Positions 1 through 11,787 of a DNA stretch of 64,000 nt are shown in pieces. The translations under genes and the position numbers were made by a program. Position 1 is the first letter of the stretch. Each line of letters opens with the position of its first letter. Under the pieces are notes generated by a model. It did not search any database, was not told the origin of the DNA, and saw nothing but the letters and a program-made list of their open reading frames with translations. Origin of the DNA: Takakia lepidozioides (lineage: Eukaryota > Plantae > Bryophyta); NCBI GenBank assembly GCA_030704615.1, contig CM060733.1, positions 24,304,001-24,368,000 of the forward strand, in the 5' to 3' direction.

Positions 1-13
1 TAAGACGGGAGAT

Positions 14-706
14 TTGGTTCTATGGTTGCAGAAAAAGGGAAAGATTAAAGCTTCTAAGCTTAAATCACCATGGAAAGGACCTTATGTCATACAAAAGATG
101 TATGATAACAACACCGCCATGTTACAAACCATTAACAAAGAAATGCTGGGAAGAGTCAATGCCAATAAGTTGAAGGGGTACAGTGGTATCCATGACAAAC
201 CATTGCAGCATGATTTGCATGTTGAAACGCAAGAGCAGTCACGGGCTGCACCAGTGTTACGAACGGAGTATGGAGCACTTGTCGCTAGGCCGAGCATATA
301 TGACCAGGGCGGGCAAAACAAGCGTGACACAGCCTATCACAGCCCATCAAGGCAAACCACAGCCTATCACAGCCAATCACAACGTGACACAGCCTATCAC
401 AGCCCAGCACGGCGCAACACAGCCTATCACAACCTACCACAGCGTGTCACAGCCTATCACAGCTTACCACAGTGCATCACAGCCTATCACATCGTACCAC
501 AGTATGACACAGCCTGTCACAGCTCAACACAGCCTACTAGGGTTACACGATCCATAGAATCAGTGACAGGTGGACGCATAATAACTTCAGGAAAATGGCT
601 GACGGAAGAAAAGACGGAAACCAGTTTAAAAATAGACACGTGGAAGTCAGGGCGCGACACACAGCTGAGAAGGAAGTGCAAGAACATGTGTCATAAAGAA
701 AGATGA
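14..706 (+). CDS. C-terminus of retrotransposon Pol (integrase GPY/F region) reading through a TAYHS decapeptide repeat; 5'-partial
   Basis: ORF track 14..706; WKGPY motif typical of Gypsy integrase C-termini. Confidence 0.75.
   Translation: MVLWLQKKGKIKASKLKSPWKGPYVIQKMYDNNTAMLQTINKEMLGRVNANKLKGYSGIHDKPLQHDLHVETQEQSRAAPVLRTEYGALVARPSIYDQGGQNKRDTAYHSPSRQTTAYHSQSQRDTAYHSPARRNTAYHNLPQRVTAYHSLPQCITAYHIVPQYDTACHSSTQPTRVTRSIESVTGGRIITSGKWLTEEKTETSLKIDTWKSGRDTQLRRKCKNMCHKER
326..540 (+). repeat. 30-bp tandem repeat (core ACAGCCTATCAC), about 7 copies
   Basis: acagcctatcac recurs every 30 bp (329, 359, 389, 419, 449, 479, variant at 509). Confidence 0.95.
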
Positions 707-1225
707 CAAGAACGGCCGTCAAAAGGGATGAAAGGCGGGCCCATTAATGGATACGGAAAAAGGGGAACGGAACGAACGGCAAGTACAGAAAAGCGAAATT
801 CTTGTCACATGTGTGATCCTAGTGGACTATCCAGCAAGGAAAGTCCACTAAAGAAAATGAAATCTAAAATCACGTCACATCGGTTACAACCAATAGAAAG
901 CCAGAGAAAGGATCAAGAAATTGGAGGGAAATTAAGCGCAAGAGGCGGCGTCGTTCTGAGTAACGGGCGTCTCGACGGGACAGACCATCAATGCTATAGC
1001 TTGGAAACTATGGAGGAACTAACAGACTATAGGCTCGCAATATTACTTACGCAGTGGCATAGACACGAAAGAACAGAGCGGAGCTTTTATCTTGAGCGAT
1101 GCTTGCAAGCCTCGCAGGCTTACAAGAAATTACCCATAGCTTTTTGTGGCAACCATACGTTTATGCTTTGCGCACTACAGGCATTTTTGCAGTTGTTACA
1201 GCCAAAACATTTCTGTGGGTCTAAA

Positions 1226-4200
1226 ATGAAGAGAGTGAGAGGAATGGAGGAAATCAGGGTGAAGAGCACCACAATTCTGCAGAAACAAACGATTGCTACC
1301 CCACAGGCGATACAGATACTGAAGGAGCTGAGATTGCAAGGATTGCAAAGCATAGATTGGACATTACACCATAGACAGTACATGTTACAATTTTTGCAGA
1401 ACTTTGAGCCAAGGACAAGAACAACAACGGTGAAGGGAGTTGAATTAGTAATTACTCCCCTATACCTCCAGCAATTGTTTCGATTGCCAGCAGGTCAGGT
1501 GCATGTGGAGGAGCACAGGGCAAGACTGCAAATAGGGGACTTATTCCAAGAAGGGAGTTTCTTTAAAACTCAGGGTTATGCTTGTACCAAGGCCATGTAC
1601 CCAGGGCTAAAGGAGGTAGGCCAGGTGTTGAACGTTATGATTTCCATGAAACAGAACCAACAGTATTTGAGCAGATCCTTCACGGAGGAAATACTCAAAG
1701 CTTTGAAAGGACAAGAGGTAGAATGGGCGGACATAATGTACAACACACTGGTAGAGGAGATGAAAAGATTACAAGGTACTACCGCAAAGTCTCATATCAT
1801 AGTGTCTGGCCCAATCATTGCTCAAATAATTCTTGATTCTGGCATACTTGATGCGCAAGAAAGAAAGGAGATGGGAGTGTTTGAGCCAGAAACCACTGCA
1901 ATGGAAGAGCAAGGCTCTTCACACAGTGAGGGTGGACTAGCAGGGCAACCCGAGACTAAGAGGCAGAGACAGGGAAAGACTGTAGTGGCGGATCCACTGG
2001 CTTCACGGATTCCGCATGATAATGTTTCCCAAGCTCATGTGCAAGAAGGGGCACAGCAGCACAGAGAACTGCTATTACTGGAAGCAGGACCTTCAGAAAG
2101 GGAAGAGGAAGTTACTTCAGCATCACAGCCATCACAGCCAGCTGATCGGCTTGTCACAAGGTTACCACAAGTTGCCCATGAAGTGCCACCAGAAATAATT
2201 GATTTGGAAAAAGAAGGGTTAGATATTCCAACTATAGAACAGATAGTGGCAGAAATTGAGAAGGGGGACCTTCTCTATGAATATTCTGGTCTGGTCAAGG
2301 ACACAGAGATTCCAGAGGTGCAACAGTTGCCCAAGGGAAATCCTGAGGTGCATATAATACACACACCTGTGTCGGAGGTACCACAGGCAGAAGGTCATGA
2401 CACTGCAGCACCGGTGATAGATGAAGTGGTTCAGGAAGAAAATCAGGTGGGACAATGGCCTGAGTGGTTCGTGAGACATCACACTGTTGAGGAACATGAG
2501 GAAGCAGCAACCTCACCATGATGACCCTCAACAGGCAATGCTGATGAGTTCCATAGGCAGGACACTTAATTTGTTGGGGACTTATGTCAAATCCCATGTT
2601 CCAACTACCCAATTGACAGCCTTGAGAGAGGAACTCAGGAAGGAGTTTGAGGGTCGACTAGCCACTGAGTGTGCAAACAAGGTCGATGAAGAGGTCACTC
2701 TAAAGATGCAGTAGGACTTGGAAAATACAGAAGCGGCTTTGCAATTGGCCAAGGAACAATTGATTGAGGCAGGCCTCGTGCAAGACCAGTTGCACGAAGC
2801 ACATAAGCAACAGCTATACCAAATGCAGGTGCAACATGAAAGCAAGTTGCAAGAAGTGAATGCACTACATACGGAGTTGCAGACAGTGCATGACAGGATG
2901 GCGATACAATGTGCTACATTCACAATTATGCTTGACCAATCTACAATAGAAATAAACAGTCAAGCGGAAAAAAATATGAAGGCAGAAGCAGAGAATGTTG
3001 AGCAAATGAAACTCATTGTCGACATGAAGAATACAATCTGTCGCAATGAGGATACTTTCAAGCAATACAGGCAGGTTGAAGCTGACCAAGAGAGGCACAT
3101 CCTGGAGTTGCAACAAACGGTCATGGCCAATAGAAATGAACTCTCTGTGGCTAACAAAGCTTGGAAGGAAGCCAATAATCTGGCTGCTGCCTATGCGAAT
3201 TTGGTTGAACCTCATGCGAAGCGCATGGAGGTTTTACAACAGCAGTTAGAAGTGTACAAACTCAAAGAGGAGCACACTCTCAGGGGAACCACAAGCAACT
3301 TGGTGGATAATAGCCTTATGCAGGTCTGGTTAGCACAAGGGCCAGTGGAGGGCAAAGCACCACGAAAGCTCACCCAAAGCGAGATGAATGAGCTCAGACT
3401 GCAAGTGCAGAACATTGCCACAACTACTATAGACAATGTCTATAGTAGAATAGCATAGTTACAGGAGGATGTAGATGGACTGCAGACTCAAGTGGAGGAT
3501 CTCACTTCAAATATCGACAAAAGAGTCTATATTCCTCAGGAACAGCTAATGGCTTCTTATTTACAAGCCAGAACTTTGGCTTTTCAGTCTTCACAGGAGG
3601 TTCAGAAAATGCCAATGATACAAGAGCCAGTACCACCAACACCACAACAAGTCACTGTACCAGTAGCTGAACCTGTTGTTACTACAACCACACCGCAGCC
3701 ACCACAGCCTGAGGTATGGGGCAATGCTGCTTTTAACCCACCTAAAACTCCAGCACCAAATTCCCATCATGTTGGATTTGGGTTGGAAAGAATTTAGTCC
3801 TCCGCAGTCATTCGCACATTACTACCAAATCATGCGCATTTGGCTGCCGGTGGCAACTAAGACTAAAGTTCTTCCGAACAATCGACCAATTGAGGATCAT
3901 CACTTTGCACAGTACTGGCACGAAGCAGGTACCATGTTGAGGGAATTAATTGCTTTCCAAGTTGTACATGGATTCATTTATACCAAGACCAAGGAGGTAG
4001 CAAGTATTGTCATGGGATGCGGGTTATACTACGCTGCTTGTTTTCTGGTACGTTATCACATTGAGCAACACAAGATGCAAACGCGCTTTCTGAGTTATTC
4101 CAGTGGGGATCATTGGGTCTTACCTTCAGTGCCACCTCATATGTACCTATATGAGGCAAAAGTTATGATACAAAAGGATTCTCAAATTCGTTCATGGTTT

Positions 4201-4704
4201 CAAGCGGCCTGGAACAATTTGTCAACACAGAAATTCGACATTGATGATATTTTCTATAAGGGACATGTGGCATGGAAATACTTGCACGCTGCACAAGTAA
4301 TTGGTACCCCACTCACCTGGACAGCCAAGGAGCTCAGTGTCTACACCAATTTTGCTGTTCAGCGGTTACAGCAAGTTGTAAAATATAAACTTCCAGACAT
4401 GGTAGGACAACATTGTATGCCCCAGAGGATTCCACAAAAAGTTCGAAAATTAAAACACCTGAGAGGCGATGAGGATTCTGATACAATTGTTTCTTCAGCG
4501 GATTCTTTTGACATGGGAGAAGACTATGCAATTCAGATGGCAGAGAAGAAGCGACGGGGGTCTCCTATGCCTGAAAGGTTACCTCGATATCAACCTCCAG
4601 AGGGCCTCACTTATCCAGGAAGTGTTCAAACATCTCCGTCACCCAGTAACAGACCTCGGGCTCGTACTCACAAAGGTTTTCTAATCGCAATCAGTAAACC
4701 GTGA
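1226..4704 (+). pseudogene. Extra (env-position) ORF of the LTR element: plant-transposon-protein-like N-terminus, acidic linker, long coiled coil, unknown C-terminal domain; interrupted
   Basis: ORFs 728..2521, 2487..2714, 2718..3458, 3492..3797, 3676..4704 are collinear; the middle three share a frame separated only by TAG at 2712 and 3456; TVKGVELVITP...VEWADIMY...GPIIAQI resembles Athila-type extra-ORF domains. Confidence 0.65.
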
Positions 4705-4718
4705 GGACACGGCTTTTT

Positions 4719-4732
4719 GAGAGGGGAAGGGG
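4719..4732 (+). other. Polypurine tract
   Basis: GAGAGGGGAAGGGG ends 3 nt before the TG that starts the LTR. Confidence 0.85.
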
Positions 4733-4735
4733 TAA

Positions 4736-5854
4736 TGTTAGAGGACTGTCTGGGACTTAGACACTTATACGGGATCTGCAGGGTACCCTTAATTTTTGCA
4801 CAGACTGAGACCAACAGGAGCCTTAGGGGTGACAGCAGCGCACTGTAGAGGAGGGTTACACAAGCAGTCATAGCCAACACAGCCGACACAGCCCGTCACA
4901 GTCGTCACAGCCGACACAGCCAACACAACCCGTCACAGTCGTCACAGCAGACACAGCCACACAGCCAAACACAGTCGCACAGCCAGTCACAGCCCGTCAC
5001 AGTCGTCACAGCCGACACAGCCGACACAACCCGTCACAGTCGTCACAGCAGACACAGCCACACAGCCAAACACAGTCGCACAGCCAGTCACAGCCCGTCA
5101 CAGTTTCACACAGCCAGTCACAGCTTGACACAGCTGTCACGACCATAGGGAACGGAGAGCAGGACAGGGAACGACTGTGGGGAACAACACTTGCAAATGG
5201 AACATGTTAGTTCACGGACGACGGTTAGTGAGGGAAACGGTTAGAGCCACGGGTAGGAAGATGAAGGGAGAAGCAGGGATTTTGGAGGGGAGGATGATTA
5301 TTCTGGGGGGTTCTTGGTTATGCATAAGAGGGGATCGGGCGGAGAGCAAGAACGGAAAGCACGGTGAAGGAGGAAAGATGATTAATAGATGCTTGTTATA
5401 TGCAAAGCTGTAGTGATATTGTAGACCAGATTAGAGACACAATGGCTTCGACCTGATACCTGATAAATCATAATCTGATACTTATACGATACAATCACAC
5501 TGTGTAGAGAGATCTGAATGAAGCTGTGGAATGAATTGATGAGTTGATGGAATCCGATAGATTGATGAAGCAAACTGATACTTAATTATCAATGGTAAGG
5601 TAGCTAACATGAATGCGGAAAGGGAAACAAATAAGAAACACCCCCATGATACACTAGCTGTAGGTCATGACTGATTGTTCTGCGCGGGCTGAGTACTTAG
5701 AGATTTCCAACTCTTCTATCTTGGAGTTTCCGCCTTGGATAGCGAAGGGATGGGTGAGTAAAAGCTGCGCGACAAGTATCTACATATTGCGTAGCCGGTT
5801 GACCTAAGTACATTTTTTTATGGCTGGGTTGGCCATAATGGGTGACATCCAACA
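4736..5854 (+). repeat. 3' LTR (~1.1 kb)
   Basis: Starts TGTTAGA after PPT; ends TCCAACA (6/7 inverted match). Right end unverified because the 5' LTR lies outside the window. Confidence 0.6.
4868..5140 (+). repeat. CACAG-based ~10-bp repeats with a ~100-bp higher-order duplication inside the LTR
   Basis: cacagc/cacagt repeated many times; block cagacacagccacacagccaaacacagtcgcacagccagtcacagcccgtcacag occurs twice. Confidence 0.9.
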
Positions 5855-7074
5855 CCTATGTGGCTTTGAACCCACGACCACTTCTCAGGTGGCCTTGTGC
5901 ATTAACTAGGCCCTCTGTTGCATGCTAAGGCAACATGCGCAAAGAGAGATGATTTTGACAATGGTCGGCGTAATTAAAGAGCCGCTTCGCCTTGCGGCTA
6001 CTGTTCATTTTCGGGGTGAGCCACTTGAAAATTGATATATATAAGTATTGACTTACTTTTTTTCAACATCATTTCTCAACGACCTTTCAAGAAATCGGAT
6101 CTGTGCAAGTTTATAGGTTGTCTAATGATCATAACCAATGTTAGGCATATATAGCTATCAATATATGGCACGATATCTACTCGGATATCAAGGTATCCGG
6201 AATTGTAACTGGTGATGTTCAGAAATCGGGTTAGATGATTAACTGGCGGAAATGAAAATGTAGAAAAAAAATTTATACCGTTATACCCGACCAATATACT
6301 CACAAATTAGATTCATAGAGGACCTGGTCCTCCATGTGGCAAAGGCCTATGAGGCCCCTCATTAGTGGAGTCCCATTGGCTAAGGAGGCTTGTCATGAGG
6401 AGAGACCCTAAGGTGAAACTCCCTACCTGCAAGCAATTCGTGGCTGAGCACATCCTAACATGCTAGCTAAGACCAAGCTTTTTCAATTTCTCCAGTGTAA
6501 TTGGTATTAGAAGCTGAAGATGAAGCATTAGATATTCAAGGAGCTGGGTGGCATAGTATGCACCTTATCATTTGGGTGGCAATGACATCTATTTTGACCC
6601 CAACATGTGTTGATAATTAAGTAGAACCCCCAAATGAATCAGCTGATCATGCGATGGAAAGGCGCCCAAGATTGTGCATTGTCCTCAATCTTCGAAAGCA
6701 ACACTCTCCTTATGGCCTTTTCCTCCACCTGGTGCACCTCGTCCGGGCTGTCTGCAGGTTCTTGATGGGATCATGCGTGGGACGCAGCTGTGGCATCAAG
6801 GGACTCAGTTGTCACTCATGTTTTACCCCCCCATCATAAAGGGATGATCGCTCAAAATTAGAAATGCTCAAGCCCTCCATGGAAAAACGCAGTTGAAAAC
6901 AAGCAGGGCAAATCAAGCCCTCGCATTAATGCTCAAACGAGGTCGACTAGTTTAGACATCTTTCGTTTTACCAAATCCTTTTCCAGTCAATATATATGTT
7001 TAAAAGATGCTTGACAATGTCGCAAATTTGTTAGGACGGTAATAATTATCAACTTATATATATAGATACAACTA

Positions 7075-7950
7075 TCAAAATTCGGTGGTCGTATATATGT
7101 ATGTATTATAGAAATATGTGGGACCACTAGAATTTATCTCAAATCTGAATCCCAATTGTATTTGTGCTGAATTAATGGTGAAACAATTTTTGTGGACTTC
7201 ACTATTGATTAAAGGTATGTCCAACACATTGTTGTACTTTTGGATATTTAATACTAATCATTGTTTAAATATGTTTCAACATCTTATAATGAAGCACTGC
7301 TACGATGTTTGATACAACGGTTAATGCTGAATATATACAGGAAAGGTGGACGCGTTGCCGAAGCAAGCGTAACTTATGGTGTCACTTGACCCCATAGGGC
7401 TACTGCCTTCCGGTAGGAAGGTGGACACCGTAAGACACTAATATATACAGACAACAATGTTTGGTATTCTGAATCAACACTCAAAAGCAAAGCAAAATTT
7501 GTTTTAGCACTGATTCCGCACAAAGACATCTAGGGTCCAAATTGAAATTTGAGACGGTCGGCGGTTGCATGTATTGCTTTTAGTTTTAATTTTGTGCGAC
7601 CGCTAAATTCCGCAGGTCGTAGTAACTTAGGAATAAAAAATAAAAATAAAAAATACATGTGCGACCACTAGAATTTTGACGGTCTGATGAGTGTTTTTTA
7701 AAAATTGCTACGAATGCAATTCTGATGATCGAATGTAAATTTTTCTTTTCAAATTGGTGTGACTACTAGAATTCAACAGAATATTTTAGGAAAAATAAAA
7801 TGTGACCGCCAAAAAGCTGTGCAAAATTGGGGCGACCGCCAAATCTTGTGGTCGCATGTAATTTTTTTATTTCTTAAATTGAAGCGACCGTCAGAATTCT
7901 AGTGATCGTAGCAAATTTAGTAATAAAAAGATTACATGGGTTAACGGCAG
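7075..7950. repeat. Degenerate array of GCGACCGCC-N-GGCGGTCGC palindromes with AT-rich spacers
   Basis: e.g. tgcgaccgctaaattccgcaggtcgta (7595), gcgaccgccaaatcttgtggtcgca (7832), agcgaccgtcagaattctagtgatcgta (7883). Confidence 0.8.
7341..7439. mobile_element. 99-bp structured insertion flanked by 11-bp direct repeats
   Basis: aatatatacag at 7330-7340 and 7440-7450; insert is GC-richer than flanks and self-complementary. Confidence 0.55.
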
Positions 7951-7965
7951 TTTTGGACGTGACTA

Positions 7966-8663
7966 CCGTAGGTTCATAGCAAATTAGGCACCCTAGTGCC
8001 TAATAATTATTAAATTTAGAATATTCTTTTTAGGCACTTTAAAAAATGATTTATATAAATTAGACACTTTTCATCCATAATTTTTTATGTTAGGCACCTT
8101 TCATCACTTGGAACTTCTCCTTCCATCCCCAAAGGTCTCACAAACCCTCTCTTTTTCCCCAAGACAAACCCTAAAAGAAAGTCTTTTCTAATGGAGATGG
8201 CGTCCGAACCTTTGTTTAGAGCCACAACTCCTTAAGTGGAAGTGGAAAGGACTCTTAGTTGCTCGGAGGTACCAGATTTCTATCTTGATGTTGAGGTGGT
8301 GGAGAGCATGAGTCGCTGCCTTGAAAATTTGCACATTGAAGACTCAGATGTACCTGAGTTGAATGGGGATGAAGACTTCAATGATGAGCATATGCAGGAT
8401 GTTCGAGATTCATTGGAAGGTCCTTTGGAGGTTGTATGGACCTAGGGAGTTGGCCTATAATTTTTGAACATTTATGGAGGGCATTTATTTTTTGTTTTCA
8501 ATATAAATATATATAGTAGGAGTTTTTTAGACAATTTTACTGAATTAGGCACTTTCATATTATCTTTCCAACCTTTTAAGCATAAATCTTGAAAAATCAC
8601 ATATTTGCTTAGGCATTTAATTTTTTTTTAAAAATTTGTGCCTAATCTGCTATGAACCTACGG
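7966..8663. mobile_element. MITE with 26-bp TIRs, TA target duplication (Tc1/mariner-pogo-like; CACTA reading also possible)
   Basis: CCGTAGGTTCATAGCAAATTAGGCAC vs reverse complement of right end CCGTAGGTTCATAGCAGATTAGGCAC (25/26); TA on both sides; several internal TTAGGCAC motifs. Confidence 0.85.
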
Positions 8664-9142
8664 TAGTGTTATACATGTATGTGCCAATTGACCTGGGTAT
8701 GTGTCCGGGTCTGAGTAAAGGTATCAAAAGACCAACCAGTTGGGGGTGTCATTGAGCAAACATTCGGTTATCTGTATAACTTAGGGTTTGGGAAAAATGA
8801 CATAACCACCTGACAAACATACCAGTCGCAGTATGTCAGCTGGCGAAATTATGATTGAGACCAGTACTCAGGGGCGAGCAGTTGAAGATAGCAGGGGTAG
8901 ACATTATGACGTTAGGGCGTCCGCACCCCATGACGGTGAAGTTAAGAGAGGGGATGGGTATGAGGGATATTCTAACCGGTATCTCTCAAGAAATAGATTA
9001 ATATAACCTAGACACATCTATGGGCGTATATTGTGTTTTGTATTGTGAAATAAATCCTTAGGTGTACGACATTTCGAACATTCTTTCAATGGAAGAGGTC
9101 CGTCCGAGAGATATTGGACCAGCGTCAATAACAGTGACAATC

Positions 9143-9566
9143 CAAATAAAGTTTGCCTAAGGATTTCTCAGGCGAAACTCAAATTGCAATGTTTCAAAAA
9201 CAACTATGTTGATGTAAGCTCACCCAAATAAAGTCCGTCTACGAGAGGTTTCTCAGACAAAACTCAAATATGCACAGTTTCGATTCTCGAAAGCGACAAT
9301 GAAACCATGTTGTGTTACGTCCATTTAGATAAGGTCCGTGCATGCATGTAAGGTTTATTAGGCGAAACTTAAAAAGTGCAGAGTTTCAAAAGTGAAAATA
9401 AAACCATGTCGTGTTTAGCACACCCAAATAAAGTCCTTCCACGCAGGGTTTCTTAGGCGAATGTAAAAAAAATGCAAAGTTTCGAAAGCAAAAATAAAAC
9501 CATGTCGAGTTAAGCCCACTTAAATATAGGCTGTAGGCTGTCTACATGGAGTTTCTTAGGCGAACG
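9143..9566 (+). repeat. Degenerate ~90-100 bp tandem repeat, ~4.5 copies
   Basis: Recurring caaataaagt...tttct(c/t)aggcgaa...tgca..gtttc...aaaccatgt blocks. Confidence 0.8.
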
Positions 9567-10055
9567 TCAATGCAATTGCTAGAGCTATAAACAAAAATCC
9601 ACAACCAAAAGTTATGTATGCGAATATCAACAAAAATCTGAAAAGAATCTATAACCCTTATTTTGGCGGTGCTTCTCTTCCCGTTTGCGCTAGCATGTTA
9701 TCTGGTCTCACCACCCTCTCTCGTGCCTATCATTTAAAGGGTTTGCTATCTCATGAGCAGAAAAGGCGTGAGCACATTATGAGAATAATCCCCGTCTAGT
9801 ATAAGGGTAAGGCCCCGTGGGCTGCACCTGCCAGTTTAGGAAGTCAATTAGGTTAGCTAATTGGCGTTAGCGGCATGGCCATGGCCGCACCTGCCGATTA
9901 GGAAGCCAGCTTTCTAACCGGTGATTAATTGCCGTTAAAAGCTACAATGGGGAGAGGCCGAGATTTAACACCTCCTCTATGGAGGTATTAGACATCGGTC
10001 TGCGATTAAATATTGCGCAGCGGAGCTCCTGCCATTGTGTTCTGAACTCGTTCTA

Positions 10056-10225
10056 TCATCATAGATCTCCAAAGCCTCATGACCATACCCCTGTTGGGCA
10101 TATCATGCAATCATTGCATTCAACAAGACAACATTTCGTTGCTCCAAACTGTCAAACACTTGCCGTGCATCCTTTATGCTCTTGCATTTGGGATACATTG
10201 CAACAAGGGCGGTGTTCAAAATGAT
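10056..10225 (-). pseudogene. PLS-class PPR gene remnant (S and P motifs)
   Basis: Minus strand reads IILNTALVAMYPKCKSIKDARQVFDSLEQRNVVLLNAMIA*YAQQGYGHEALEIYD, closely matching the PPR genes at 27.5 and 44 kb. Confidence 0.85.
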
Positions 10226-10988
10226 ATGTATGTGGCAACTTTGGCAGAGAACGGTCGCCGACAAGTACACATCTCTGTAATTGTGCTATTCTCTGCTCCA
10301 AATGGACCACATCAGTGTGTGGTAGGTCTGGACTTTGTAATGACCAGCGAGTCTACATGAAGGCGTGAATTCTATAAATCTTGGATCTTGTGGCTCCATT
10401 CTGTTGGGCTGAGTGAAAGACATGTCATAATTCACTTTGGTATAGAGTAGTTTGATGATGGTCCACTCTACTCTGATTCATTGCAATACTTCAACATTCA
10501 TTACTATCCTGAGGAGGATTTGTATAATTCATAGTTTCTAGTGTCAAGGTGGCACATCACATTGATCTCTTGCAGATTCATCTTTCTACATGCCCTTCTT
10601 ACGATCGCACAAATGGCAGAGATCTCGCTTGTACACATTTCAGCAAATCTTCTTTCCTTGTGTGAGTTCCTAGCTTGTGTGTGTGTCATTGAGAGACGCA
10701 CAATGGCTGAAGGGTGCATTCCAGATCCACAAGTAGATGATTTAGTATATTAACAAAATCGGCGAACATTTTTTGGTGTAGCGTGTTACCGAAGGTCGGA
10801 ACAAGGGAGATGATTGTCGTAGTTTAGGACTAGTGATTCCTGGAAATCAGTGCCTCCCAGACTGATTGAGTTGACAGCGGAGGGCAAATGCAAGGATGGG
10901 ATGCCAACAAGATTCATCGATAAGTACCTTTGATTCGGGTTTTAGTCGATTGATTACATCTCCCTCTTCATGTTCCAGTTCCACAGCC

Positions 10989-11193
10989 GTGGAGTCAAGC
11001 AACCCTCTCTTCACGAGCTCACGAGTTCTGTCCACCATAGTCGCACGGGGGAAGTTGTGGAGTCAAGCAGCTCTCCCTTCACGAGCTCATGAGCTCTGTC
11101 TACCATAGCCACGTGGGGGAAGTCGTGGAGTCAAGCAGCTCTCCCTTCATGAGCTCACAAGCTCTATCCACCATAGCTTCGTAGTGGGGGAAG
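10989..11193 (+). repeat. ~67-bp tandem repeat, 3 copies
   Basis: gtggagtcaagca.c.ct..cttca.gagctca...ccatag...gggggaag repeated three times. Confidence 0.9.
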
Positions 11194-11787
11194 ACAGGCG
11201 GGCAGTCCGAATAGTTGTTCTTTGCGCCCTTGTTAATAAACTGCCGGCACTCTTCTCTATCATGCTCATCTTCTTTGCTCTTAGCTAGTATGCTTGGTCA
11301 CGGGGAAGTTCCCCCTCAGTGAGCCCTCTACAACCTCCATGGTGGTTATTTTTTCCACCTTATGTGAACCTTTATTCCATTTAATTTGATTAAAAGGGCA
11401 TCTGTCCCCTTTCTCTTAAAAAATTCAAAAACAAATTGATTGGCCTTCATGGCCAAGTCAATGGTGTCATTCCTTGTGTTACTGTCGCCTCGGTCGTTTG
11501 GTTACCTGCTAGGGTACCTATAGCATCACTAGGGCTACTATAGGCTCTTGGTCACAGTTTCGTGTCTCTCAGATTATAGCTCCAGAGTTATCGAGCACGG
11601 GCACGGTCCACCGTCTTATGGCAGCCCTCGGGCAAATCGAAGGTTTTAATTTTTTTCCTTCTCAATAATGCAAATAAAGGTAATCCAGGGCTTCCATCCC
11701 CTTTTCATAAAAAAAAAAAAAAAAAAAAAACCCACATGGTTATTTTTTCCATGTCCTCTTAAATTATTTCCAGGGCCCTTCCCGCTA

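Larger units (their letters stand above)
1..5854 (+). mobile_element. 3' part of a Ty3/Gypsy (Athila/Tat-like) LTR retrotransposon: integrase C-terminus, extra ORF, PPT, 3' LTR
   Basis: Integrase tail motif KLKSPWKGPYVIQK...RVNANKLKGY at window start; long downstream ORF; polypurine tract 4719-4732 followed by TGTTAGA at 4736; approximately complementary end TCCAACA at 5848-5854. Confidence 0.8.

Noticed and set aside
2712-3458. U-to-C editing or stop readthrough of the two TAG codons
   Set aside because: Nuclear TE; CAG>TAG deamination of methylated CHG is a simpler explanation
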